Shown in pieces: positions 24,668 to 33,176 of a stretch of 33,176 nucleotides of DNA. This DNA is from Actinomycetota bacterium (lineage in GTDB: Bacteria > Actinomycetota > Humimicrobiia > Humimicrobiales > Humimicrobiaceae). The stretch is taken from assembly GCA_016870675.1 (NCBI GenBank), contig VGAU01000001.1:1-33176 (forward strand), given 5' to 3'. The position numbers and the translations under genes were made by a program. Position 1 is the stretch's first letter, and every line of letters starts with the position of its first letter. The notes beneath the pieces were generated by a model. The model did no database searches, was not told the origin of the DNA, and saw only the letters and a list, made by a program, of their open reading frames with translations.

Positions 24668-26344
24668 TCAGTGTCTGAAATGTCTTTTCCCGGTAAATAC
24701 CATTGGTATTTTATTTCTATTGCAGCTTTCTATAACTTCCTTGTCTCTAATAGAACCACCTGGCTGTATTATTGCTGTAATTCCATTTTTGGCAGCAAGC
24801 TCGGCTACATCCTCGAAAGGGAAAAAGGCGTCTGAAGCCATAATTGAATCCTTGCATCTCCCATTTGATTTTTTAATGGCTATTTCTGCAGCATCAATTC
24901 TACTCATCTGTCCTGCACCTATGCCTACAGTACTACTATCGGCAACCAGTACTATAGCATTGGATTTAACACTTTTAACAATTTGCCACCCAAATAGAAG
25001 ATCGTTCCACTGACTGGGGTCTGGCTCAACACTGGTTACTACTTTCATATCCTTTTTACTATCTGTGCCTTCATCCAGATCCTGCACTAACAGTCCACCA
25101 TCTACGCTTTTAATATCCACCTTTTGCAGTTTAAAATCATCTGAATTTATACTGCTAATGTAGGTATTCAATTCAAAATCAATTTTAAGGATTCTCAAGT
25201 TCTGCCGCCCGGCCAGTATTTTAAGAGCTTCCCCATCAAAATCTGGAGCTATAAGTACTTCTACATATTTATCCAGCATAAACTTTGCCGCCTCTGCCGT
25301 CCATTTCATATTACAGGCTACAACACTGCCAAAAGCTGAAACCGGGTCGCACTGATATGCTTTTTTGTAAGCCTCTTCAACAGACTGCGCAGCAGCTGCG
25401 CCACATGGATTGTTATGTTTAATTATTGCTACACAGGGGACAGCAAATTCTTTAACAATTCCAAATGCCGCATTACCGTCCAGAATATTATTATAGGACA
25501 GCTCTTTGCCCTGAAGCTGCCAGGCACCCGCAAAATTATCTGTGCCGGTATCTATATATTTATAATAAGAAGCTTTCTGATGAGGATTTTCGCCATATCT
25601 AAGGTTTTGAATTTTTTTAAGATTTAAACCGAGACTATCCCTGAAATTACCATTACTGTCCCTGAAATTATTTTCGGTTTCTTTGCCTGCGCTGCTGCAA
25701 CCTATATCCAGGTAATCTCTTATGGATATATCTGAATTTCCAAAACTTCCAGTTTTATTTTTAAGGTAATTAAAGATTACACTGTCATATTCACAGGTAT
25801 GCTGAAAAGCTTTAACACTTAATCTAAACAGGGTACCCAGGCTAATATATCCCCCGCTATCTTTAAGCTCTGCCTGTATTTTTTTATAGTCATCAGGGTC
25901 AACCACTACAGCTACCCCTTTATAATTTTTAGCAGCGCTTCTAATCATAGTAGGACCGCCAATATCAATATTTTCAATAGCCTCTTCCATAGTAACATTT
26001 GCTCTGGATATGGTTTCTTTGAACGGGTATAGATTCACTACCACCATATCTATTAACTTTATCTTTGAGTTTGAAACTTCTTTCATATGATTCTCATTGC
26101 TTCGGTCAGCTAATATCCCTCCATGTATATATGGATGAAGGGTCTTTACTCTCCCGTTCAACATTTCAGGAAAACCAGTAACTTCTTCTACCTTCTTTAC
26201 TTTTATTCCTGACTCTTTTAACTTTCTGTAAGTCCCTCCAGTTGAAATAATTTCTACTCCTGCCTCCTCTAGAGTTTTTGCAAAATCTACAATCCCTTCT
26301 TTATTGGAGACACTGATTAGAGCTCTTTTTATCCTTACTTTCAT
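24668..26344 (-). CDS. purH: bifunctional IMP cyclohydrolase / AICAR transformylase
   Basis: 558 aa. MGS-like IMPCH domain (ALISVSNKEG, GRVKTLHP, NLYPF) and AICARFT domain (RYGENPHQ, IIKHNNPCG). GGGAGG SD. Carries a ~30-aa extra linker segment. Confidence 0.95.
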   Translation of the reverse strand: MKVRIKRALISVSNKEGIVDFAKTLEEAGVEIISTGGTYRKLKESGIKVKKVEEVTGFPEMLNGRVKTLHPYIHGGILADRSNENHMKEVSNSKIKLIDMVVVNLYPFKETISRANVTMEEAIENIDIGGPTMIRSAAKNYKGVAVVVDPDDYKKIQAELKDSGGYISLGTLFRLSVKAFQHTCEYDSVIFNYLKNKTGSFGNSDISIRDYLDIGCSSAGKETENNFRDSNGNFRDSLGLNLKKIQNLRYGENPHQKASYYKYIDTGTDNFAGAWQLQGKELSYNNILDGNAAFGIVKEFAVPCVAIIKHNNPCGAAAAQSVEEAYKKAYQCDPVSAFGSVVACNMKWTAEAAKFMLDKYVEVLIAPDFDGEALKILAGRQNLRILKIDFELNTYISSINSDDFKLQKVDIKSVDGGLLVQDLDEGTDSKKDMKVVTSVEPDPSQWNDLLFGWQIVKSVKSNAIVLVADSSTVGIGAGQMSRIDAAEIAIKKSNGRCKDSIMASDAFFPFEDVAELAAKNGITAIIQPGGSIRDKEVIESCNRNKIPMVFTGKRHFRH

Positions 26345-26362
26345 TTTCCTCCCTGTTTAATA

Positions 26363-26977
26363 TCATTTTTTATTTAAAATTTTTACCCTTCTTCCATCTA
26401 TTTCCAATCTATCCTGGCAAAAATATTTTACTGCTTCAGGATAAATTTTATGCTCTACTTTATGTATCTTTTCCTCCAGTTCTTCCACACTGTCATCAGG
26501 ATCAATGTCAACAGCCTCCTGGAGTATTATTGGTCCGCTATCAAGACCTTCATCCACAAAATGCACTGTAACCCCGGTCACTTTTACACCATACCGGTAA
26601 GCATCTTTTATGCCATGAGTGCCTTTAAATGACGGCAGAAGTGCAGGATGAATATTTAAAATCTTATTTTTAAACCTGTGGACAAATTCCTGGCTCAATA
26701 GAAACATATAACCTGCAAGAACTACAAGATCTATTTTTTCTTCTTCCAGCATTTCTATAATCTCTGAATCATACTGTTCCCTGCTGCTATATTTGGCGGG
26801 ATCCATAAAAACTGCTTTTATTTTATTTTTTTTCGCCCTTTCTAAAGCAAAAGCGTCTTTATTATTAGAAAAAACCAGAACTATGTCTCCATTTAAACCA
26901 TGTTTGTTATTATAATCTATAAGAGCTTGAAGATTTGAGCCAAAACCTGACGCAAATACAGCAATTCTTTTTTTCAT
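26363..26977 (-). CDS. purN: phosphoribosylglycinamide formyltransferase
   Basis: 204 aa. Motifs VFASGFGSNLQAL, NIHPALLP and the catalytic Asp region VHFVDEGLDSGPII. The start codon directly follows the purM stop. Confidence 0.93.
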   Translation of the reverse strand: MKKRIAVFASGFGSNLQALIDYNNKHGLNGDIVLVFSNNKDAFALERAKKNKIKAVFMDPAKYSSREQYDSEIIEMLEEEKIDLVVLAGYMFLLSQEFVHRFKNKILNIHPALLPSFKGTHGIKDAYRYGVKVTGVTVHFVDEGLDSGPIILQEAVDIDPDDSVEELEEKIHKVEHKIYPEAVKYFCQDRLEIDGRRVKILNKK

Positions 26978-28054
26978 TTATAACCTCTGGATTTCTTCTA
27001 TTATTACCCTTCCATTTCCTCTGGTAACATTACCAATATTATATATATCTTCTCCCAGCTCTCCAGCGATATTTCTTGCTTTATCAAACTCACCAGGAGA
27101 AGTAATAATAACCATTCCTATACCCATATTGAACACTCTAAACATTTCATCTCTATCAATATTTCCCAGGTCCTGTAAAAATTTAAAAATAGCAGGAATT
27201 CTCCAGGTCCCTTCCAATATGGAAGCATTCATATTCCCGGGGATTATTCTATTTATGTTTTCATAAAATCCCCCGCCGGTTATATGGGCAATTCCGTGAA
27301 CTTGAACTTTATTTTTAATCATCCTGTCTATTATCTTAAAATATAATTTTGTAGGAGTCAGAAGCAAATCCCCGAGTGATATACCACCAGCCCAATCATA
27401 TTTTTTATTCAGTTCCAGATTTTTATCTTTAATTAGTTTCCGCACCAGTGAGAATCCGTTACTATGGACTCCGGAAGAGGATATCCCTATTATTATATCT
27501 CCTTTATTGACCAGACTGGAATTTATTATGGCTGATTTTTCTATAATTCCCACCGTAAAACCGGCAATATCTATATCATCTTCCTCACACATACCTGGGT
27601 GTTCAGCAATTTCCCCGCCAATAAGAACAGTATTGCAATAACTACAGCTTCTGGCAATGGACTTGATTATAATCTTTATTTTTTCCTCATTGACCTTACC
27701 GCAAGCTATATAATCCAGAAAAAACAGTGGTTTTGCACCGCAGCATATTATGTCATTTATGCACATAGCTACTGCATCCTGCCCTATATATTGGTAGCAA
27801 TTTGCTTTTTTTGCCAGCATTATTTTTGTTCCCACGCCATCTGTTGAAGAGACAAGAACAGGGTTCCTGTAGTCTTTTAGATCAAGCTGGAAAAGACCGG
27901 AAAACGAAGAGAGGTCGCTGAGTACCTTATCGGAAAAAGTTGATGTTATTGTTTTTTTGAGTTGACTCAGTACATTTGAAGCTTTGTCTATATTTACACC
28001 GGACAATTTATATGAATACTTATTGCTATCTTTCTTTTTATTTTTTCCAGGCAT
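26978..28054 (-). CDS. purM: phosphoribosylformylglycinamidine cyclo-ligase (AIR synthetase)
   Basis: 358 aa. PurM motifs (SSTDGVGTK, DAVAMCINDI, GGEIAEHPG, GISSSGVHSNGFSL, HITGGG). Overlaps the purF 3' end by 17 nt. Confidence 0.95.
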   Translation of the reverse strand: MPGKNKKKDSNKYSYKLSGVNIDKASNVLSQLKKTITSTFSDKVLSDLSSFSGLFQLDLKDYRNPVLVSSTDGVGTKIMLAKKANCYQYIGQDAVAMCINDIICCGAKPLFFLDYIACGKVNEEKIKIIIKSIARSCSYCNTVLIGGEIAEHPGMCEEDDIDIAGFTVGIIEKSAIINSSLVNKGDIIIGISSSGVHSNGFSLVRKLIKDKNLELNKKYDWAGGISLGDLLLTPTKLYFKIIDRMIKNKVQVHGIAHITGGGFYENINRIIPGNMNASILEGTWRIPAIFKFLQDLGNIDRDEMFRVFNMGIGMVIITSPGEFDKARNIAGELGEDIYNIGNVTRGNGRVIIEEIQRL

Positions 28055-29486
28055 TAGAAGATACTTTCTCCTCTTTATCTATAGAACACTTATCATACTC
28101 GATATTTTCAGGGATATTAACTGGATATTCACCGTTAAAACAGGCAAAACAGAATTTCTCTTTAGATTCCCCCACAGCCTTCACTAAACCACCCATAGTT
28201 AAATACTTCAAGCTATCAACTTTTAGAAATTCTCTTATATCTTCTAACGTCTTATGATTGGCAATAAATTCCTTCCTTGTAGCCATGTCAACACCATAAT
28301 AGCAGGGATAAATCAGCGGAGGGCATGTAATTCTCATATGTACTTCTTTAGCACCAGCATTGTATAACATTTTAACTATTTTTTTTGATGTTGTTCCTCT
28401 AACTATAGAATCATCAACCACTACCAGCTTTTTACCTCGTATAATGTCTCTTAAAGGATTTAACTTAAGCTTAACACTTATCTCTCTGGTTTCCTGCTTT
28501 GGCTGAATAAAAGTCCTTCCAATATATCTATTTTTAATAAAACCCTCTGCATATGGTATTTTAGATTCTGCAGAATACCCAATTGCAGCAGGGGTACCTG
28601 AATCAGGTACAGGAATAACTATGTCAGCATCAGCAGGAGATTCCTTTGCCAGTTCCTGTCCCAACCTATGTCTTACCTCAAACATATTTTTATTATGCAT
28701 ATAACTGTCAGGCCTTGCAAAATAGATAAGTTCAAACACACACATAGAAATCCTATCTACGGGAAGCATCATTTGTGACCTCATGCCATCTTTATCCACT
28801 ACTATAATCTCGCCAGGGTCAATTTCTCTAATGAACTTTGCGTCAATTATATCCAGCGCGCAGGTCTCTGAAGCTATGACATAGCTGCCTTCAAGGCTGC
28901 CCAGCACCAGCGGTCTGAATCCATGCGGGTCCCTGATTCCGAAGACCTCATCTTTAGTTAATATAACCAGGGAGTAAGAGCCTTTTATCTTACCGGTTGC
29001 CTCTTTAATTGCGTCCTCAATATTTTCTTTCTCCGAGCTTTCTATGAGTGACGCTATAACTTCAGTATCTGTGGTAGTTTCAAAATTAATGCCTTTTTTT
29101 ATCTGTTCATTTCTAATTTCCTTAACATTAAGCAGATTTCCATTATGAGCTATAGCAAAACTTTCATTTTTAAACATCCGGTAAAGTGGCTGTGAATTCT
29201 TCCAGATGTTCATTCCCGTGGTAGAATAACGGGTGTGACCTATTCCAATATGGCCTTGAAGAGGGGCAATATTTTGCTCATTAAACACCTGAGATACCAG
29301 GCCAAGGTCTTTAAAGATCAAGATATTCTCGCCATCGGATACAGCTATACCAGCGCTTTCCTGCCCCCTATGCTGAAGTGCCTGAAGTCCATAAAATATT
29401 ATTTCTGCTACCTTTTTACCAGGTGCATATATACCAAATACTCCGCATTTTTCATTAATCTTTCTATCTGATATTTCATTTACCAT
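28038..29486 (-). CDS. purF: amidophosphoribosyltransferase
   Basis: 482 aa. A short propeptide precedes the Ntn Cys (CGVFGI), followed by the PRT motif (LVVVDDSIVRGTT) and C-terminal Cys residues consistent with the 4Fe-4S type. Confidence 0.95.
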   Translation of the reverse strand: MVNEISDRKINEKCGVFGIYAPGKKVAEIIFYGLQALQHRGQESAGIAVSDGENILIFKDLGLVSQVFNEQNIAPLQGHIGIGHTRYSTTGMNIWKNSQPLYRMFKNESFAIAHNGNLLNVKEIRNEQIKKGINFETTTDTEVIASLIESSEKENIEDAIKEATGKIKGSYSLVILTKDEVFGIRDPHGFRPLVLGSLEGSYVIASETCALDIIDAKFIREIDPGEIIVVDKDGMRSQMMLPVDRISMCVFELIYFARPDSYMHNKNMFEVRHRLGQELAKESPADADIVIPVPDSGTPAAIGYSAESKIPYAEGFIKNRYIGRTFIQPKQETREISVKLKLNPLRDIIRGKKLVVVDDSIVRGTTSKKIVKMLYNAGAKEVHMRITCPPLIYPCYYGVDMATRKEFIANHKTLEDIREFLKVDSLKYLTMGGLVKAVGESKEKFCFACFNGEYPVNIPENIEYDKCSIDKEEKVSSNAWKK

Positions 29487-29598
29487 TTTTTAATTAATAT
29501 ATAAATTTATTTTTACCCTTTAGATTCAGATTAGAATCCTTTTAATTTTACACTTCCCTTACTCTATAAATACCGGTTTTATTCCAACAAACAAGGTT

Positions 29599-29607
29599 AT
29601 TATAACA
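29599..29607 (-). promoter_or_regulatory. extended -10 element TGtTATAAT in the purL-purF spacer (possible internal promoter)
   Basis: Read on the minus strand. The only -35-like hexamer (TTGTTT) is at a non-ideal 19-nt spacing. Confidence 0.25.
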
Positions 29608-29644
29608 AATAAAACACCAAAATAAACAAAGGATTTCAGAAGAA

Positions 29645-32600
29645 TCAGTTGTTTTTCTCACACCACTTCCTGGCATTCTGGAACATCTTTAACCATGGAG
29701 AAATCTTCAAATTAGATTTCCAGCTTTCAGGCATCCACGGCCACTGCCAGAGTAGAAATGTCCTTTCAGGATGGGGCATCATTGCAAGATGCCTTCCATC
29801 TGGCGAGCACAAAGCAGTAAACCCGGATGGAGAACTATTGGGATTAAATGGGTACTTCTCTGTAGGCATTCCTCTGTCATCCACATAAAGTATAGGCGCA
29901 AGGCCTCTATCAGACACATCGGACAGGATTTGGGGATCAGGACAGTGCAGATAACCCTCTCTGTGCGCCACCCATATACCGAGAATTGAACCCTCCATAC
30001 CCCTGAGCATAATAGAAGGACTTTTTAAAATCTTTACAGTTACCCATCTGGACTCAAATCGTCCTGAAGGATTGCGGATAAATCTAGGCTGATTAGTTTC
30101 GGGAATTCCACTCCAGGGTACCCAGCCAAGAAGAGTCATAAGCTGGCAGCCGTTACAAACACCTAATGAGAAAGTATCTGCCCGTCTGTAGAAAACATCA
30201 AACATCTCCCGCAGCTTCGGACTGAACCTGATAATACCAGCCCATCCTTTGGCGCTGTCCAGAACGTCAGCATGAGTAAACCCTCCTACAAATACTGCAC
30301 CTCTAAACTTCTCAAGAGTGGTATCATACTTAAGTAAGTCAGTCATAGTGACATCCCAGGGTTCAAATCCAGCTCTATAGAATGCAGAGGTCATCTCCCT
30401 ATCACCATTACTGCCCTCTTCACGAATGATTGCTACTCTGGGTTTTTCCGGTCTCTTTAACAGTTCTGGCGAGGTATCCTCTGGCTGGAAAGATAGATAA
30501 TACGAAGGACCAGGTCGGTCGTGAGTATTTTTTTGATTCACTGCCATCTCTTCATTCATCTGGTGCCGCTCAAGCTCGTCACTTGTTGACTCCCACCAGG
30601 CCAAAAGAGTTGGTATATCAACATTCAGTTTAACTTCATCGCCCTGGTAAATAATCGCCTGCCGCTTTTTCCGGGTGCTCCCTAAAATCATAAAGGGAAT
30701 ACTGGATTTATCTAAAATATCAATAACTTTCGCCTCATACTCTGGCAGGTATTCCAGAACCAATCCCAACTCCTCAGAAAACAGCTGGCTAATTACTTCT
30801 ATTTTTTCAGGGAGTTTAATTACAATTCCACAGTTTCCTGCCAGTGCCATTTCAACTAAGGTGGTTATAAGCCCACCGTCACTTCTATCATGACCAGCAA
30901 GAATTAAATTTTCTCTTATCATCTTCTGGATTGCTTTGAAAGCCTCTACCAGAAGAATAGGACTTTCGATATCTGGAGATTCACTACCTATCTGCCCAAA
31001 TACCTGAGCCAGCGCTGAGCCGCCAAGACGGTTTTTACCTTGAGCAACATCAATAAACATCAGCTTGCTTTCACCAGGCTGCTTGATGTCGGGGGTTACT
31101 ACTTTAGTGATGTCCTCCATTGAACTGTAAGCAGAAATAACCACCTGTCCGGGAGCTTTTACAATTTCATCTCCTACCTGTGCTGCCATAGAAAGGCTAT
31201 CTTTACCACCATCAGCAGCAATACCAATTTCTGTCATCAATTCAACAAGAGAGACTGCTGCATCATAGAGAGCAGCGCCACCACCAGGAAGCTTTGCAGC
31301 CCACATCCAGTTAACAGAACACTTTATATGTGTAAGGTCGCTTATAAGTGCCCAGACAATATTAGTTAATGCTTCTCCTAATGCCATTCTTGCACCTGCC
31401 CGGGGATTAACAAGGATTTTAACCGGCTGTTCTCCAATAGCAATTGCGGCACCGGTGAGTCCAAAATGACTCTGTGCCACTACTGCCACATTGGAAACAG
31501 GGAGCTGTAATGGACCGCAGCACTGCTGCCGCGCAATAAGTCCTGTTACACTCCGGTCAACCTTTCTTACCAGAAATCCTTTGGATCCCACTGATGGCAA
31601 CCTGAATATTAGCTCTAAGACCTTTTCAACTGAAATATCGCAGGGCATCTCAAGTGGCTTTAACTTCCTGGAAATACTTTCAAGATTAAAGGTTTTTTGA
31701 GGAATATTACTCAATATTTTACTAAGATTAAGGTTAACTGGATTGGAATCATCCCAGCTATCATGAACTACTATCTGTCCATCACCGGTAATTTCCCCAA
31801 GGACTTCACAGTTAACTTTCTCTCTCTGGCATATAGCCTGAAACCTTTCTAAATTCTCCACCTTAATGAGAAAAGCATTCCGCTCCTGGTATTCCGCGCC
31901 CCATATCTCAAGTACTGACATAGTCTTATCGCCAACCTGTATATTGCGGATTTCAATTTTACCACCTGCTGGTTCGACGAGTTCAGTTAGAACATTACAG
32001 GGTCCGCCAGCGCCCTGGTCATGGATACTCATAATAGGATTCCTGTCGCCCATTTCAATACATGCCCTGATTACCCGGTTCATCTTCTGTTCCATCTGGG
32101 CATTCCCACGCTGCACAGCATTAAAATCAAGTTCTTCTCTATTTTCTCCCTGAACCATACTGGAGGCAGCACCACCACCCACACCGATACGGTAAGCTGG
32201 GCCGCCAACCTGCACAATTTTCATACCTGGCTCTGCTATTTCTTTCTTTATATGACGGTGGTCAATCTGGCCGATCCCACCGGTAAACATAATCGGTTTT
32301 ACCCACTCACGCCGCTCGCCACCAGGGAGTCTTAAGCCAAATGTTCTGGTAAAACCCTGAATTACAGGCTCACCAAATTTATTCCCGTAATCTGACGCGC
32401 CATCACTTTCCCTGATCATAATCTTCAGTGGAGAAGCGAGATTCGAAGGATAAAGAAATTTACCATCCTCTCCAGGGATCGTATATTCAGGAATGTTTAG
32501 ATTACCAGTACAGTATCCTGCAGTACCGGCAATAACCAGACCCCCTCTTCCAGTTGCCTGAACATCACGTATCCTTCCTCCGGTCCCGGTTTCAGCTCCT

Positions 32601-33176
32601 GGAAATGGCGCCACACCACTCGGAAAGTTATGCGTCTCAGCAGTAAATATGAGATGGTAGGTAAACTGGTACTTGCAAAACGGGGAACAAACCCCCGGAT
32701 ATTCTGGCACAATGGTCCAGACTCTATACCCGATAATACCACTAGAGTTATCCTTAAACGCAATTATGCTGTTAGAAGGATTTGCAATTAGCGGCGATTT
32801 TATTATCTTAAGCAGGGTTTCAGAAATTTCCTTACCATCAATTAAAAGTTTACCTTTAAAAAACCAGTGACGCGAATGTTCGCTGTTAGCCTGGCCAAGT
32901 TGAAAACATTCCACATTGGTGGGGTTTCTTCCTATCTTATTTACAAACAAGTTATAGTAGAACTTGATATCCCACTCATCCATTCCAAGGCCTATTTTAC
33001 GGTTAAATTTCTTAAGTTCTTCAATACCCTCTTCTATCAACGGCACCGTGTATACTTTCTCCGGCACAATTCCAACTTCAAATGTTTCCAGCGGTCCGGG
33101 ATAGACACACTCTGTCATCAGGTCGCAATGCGCACTGGTAAATTGTGGCCGGTCAGTTTCCGCAGGCATGGCATAC
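29645..33176 (-). CDS. purL: single-chain (large) phosphoribosylformylglycinamidine synthase, 5'-truncated by the window edge
   Basis: More than 1174 aa. The reading frame stays open to position 33176, and the first visible residues (..HCDLMTE..) correspond to about residue 120 of large PurL. FGAM synthetase core (QANSEHSRHWFF, ETHNFPS, two PurM-like repeats) and C-terminal glutaminase domain (GVCNGCQ, MPHPER). Confidence 0.95.
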   Translation of the reverse strand, partial: YAMPAETDRPQFTSAHCDLMTECVYPGPLETFEVGIVPEKVYTVPLIEEGIEELKKFNRKIGLGMDEWDIKFYYNLFVNKIGRNPTNVECFQLGQANSEHSRHWFFKGKLLIDGKEISETLLKIIKSPLIANPSNSIIAFKDNSSGIIGYRVWTIVPEYPGVCSPFCKYQFTYHLIFTAETHNFPSGVAPFPGAETGTGGRIRDVQATGRGGLVIAGTAGYCTGNLNIPEYTIPGEDGKFLYPSNLASPLKIMIRESDGASDYGNKFGEPVIQGFTRTFGLRLPGGERREWVKPIMFTGGIGQIDHRHIKKEIAEPGMKIVQVGGPAYRIGVGGGAASSMVQGENREELDFNAVQRGNAQMEQKMNRVIRACIEMGDRNPIMSIHDQGAGGPCNVLTELVEPAGGKIEIRNIQVGDKTMSVLEIWGAEYQERNAFLIKVENLERFQAICQREKVNCEVLGEITGDGQIVVHDSWDDSNPVNLNLSKILSNIPQKTFNLESISRKLKPLEMPCDISVEKVLELIFRLPSVGSKGFLVRKVDRSVTGLIARQQCCGPLQLPVSNVAVVAQSHFGLTGAAIAIGEQPVKILVNPRAGARMALGEALTNIVWALISDLTHIKCSVNWMWAAKLPGGGAALYDAAVSLVELMTEIGIAADGGKDSLSMAAQVGDEIVKAPGQVVISAYSSMEDITKVVTPDIKQPGESKLMFIDVAQGKNRLGGSALAQVFGQIGSESPDIESPILLVEAFKAIQKMIRENLILAGHDRSDGGLITTLVEMALAGNCGIVIKLPEKIEVISQLFSEELGLVLEYLPEYEAKVIDILDKSSIPFMILGSTRKKRQAIIYQGDEVKLNVDIPTLLAWWESTSDELERHQMNEEMAVNQKNTHDRPGPSYYLSFQPEDTSPELLKRPEKPRVAIIREEGSNGDREMTSAFYRAGFEPWDVTMTDLLKYDTTLEKFRGAVFVGGFTHADVLDSAKGWAGIIRFSPKLREMFDVFYRRADTFSLGVCNGCQLMTLLGWVPWSGIPETNQPRFIRNPSGRFESRWVTVKILKSPSIMLRGMEGSILGIWVAHREGYLHCPDPQILSDVSDRGLAPILYVDDRGMPTEKYPFNPNSSPSGFTALCSPDGRHLAMMPHPERTFLLWQWPWMPESWKSNLKISPWLKMFQNARKWCEKNN

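Noticed and set aside
29487-29644. Purine (guanine/adenine) riboswitch or PurR box in the purL-purF spacer.
   Set aside because: No three-way-junction-compatible pairings or conserved riboswitch core were seen. The sequence is AT-rich and largely unstructured.
29645-33176. purL appearing more GC-rich than its neighbours, as a signature of horizontal transfer.
   Set aside because: Spot counts of 60-nt lines gave 38-55% GC in purL. Similar values occur in conserved parts of purF, fba, lon and the TtuC-like gene. By eye, GC tracks protein conservation, so a computed GC3 and codon analysis is needed before any claim.

Overview
AT-rich (about one-third GC by eye) bacterial chromosomal window with strong GGAGG-type Shine-Dalgarno sites, probably an uncultured or anaerobic low-GC lineage. 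I cannot place the taxon from sequence alone. Most of it is housekeeping. Left to right: gltX, an orphan ribbon-helix-helix (RHH) gene, tRNA-Gln(CUG), mgtE, a GlmU-acetyltransferase-like beta-helix gene plus glmM facing nagB, and a yxlEFG-like cassette (small membrane protein plus ABC exporter). Next come a single-RRM RNA-binding protein, a lipoprotein-type SagB/nitroreductase, a divergent plsY-like gene abutting a membrane GT2, DUF72, and class II fba. tRNA-Glu(CUC) follows, with a RelE/ParE-RHH toxin-antitoxin pair 14 nt from its 3' end. The rest is a TtuC/LeuB-family dehydrogenase, a flavin reductase, an orphan B12-binding radical SAM enzyme, a mini-zincin, DUF89, lon, and a purL(large)-purF-purM-purN-purH operon; purL runs off the right edge. 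I saw no CRISPR array, transposase, integrase, rRNA, phage genes or recognisable defence island. I did not find a convincing new multi-gene system. The best second-look candidates are: (1) the stand-alone GlmU-like acetyltransferase coupled to glmM; (2) the motif-divergent PlsY paralog abutting a GT2; (3) the exported SagB-type flavoenzyme; (4) the orphan B12-radical-SAM neighbourhood; (5) the two RHH modules with repeat operators next to tRNA genes. All homology calls come from reading motifs by eye and no searches were run. Reference motifs quoted from other organisms are from memory.
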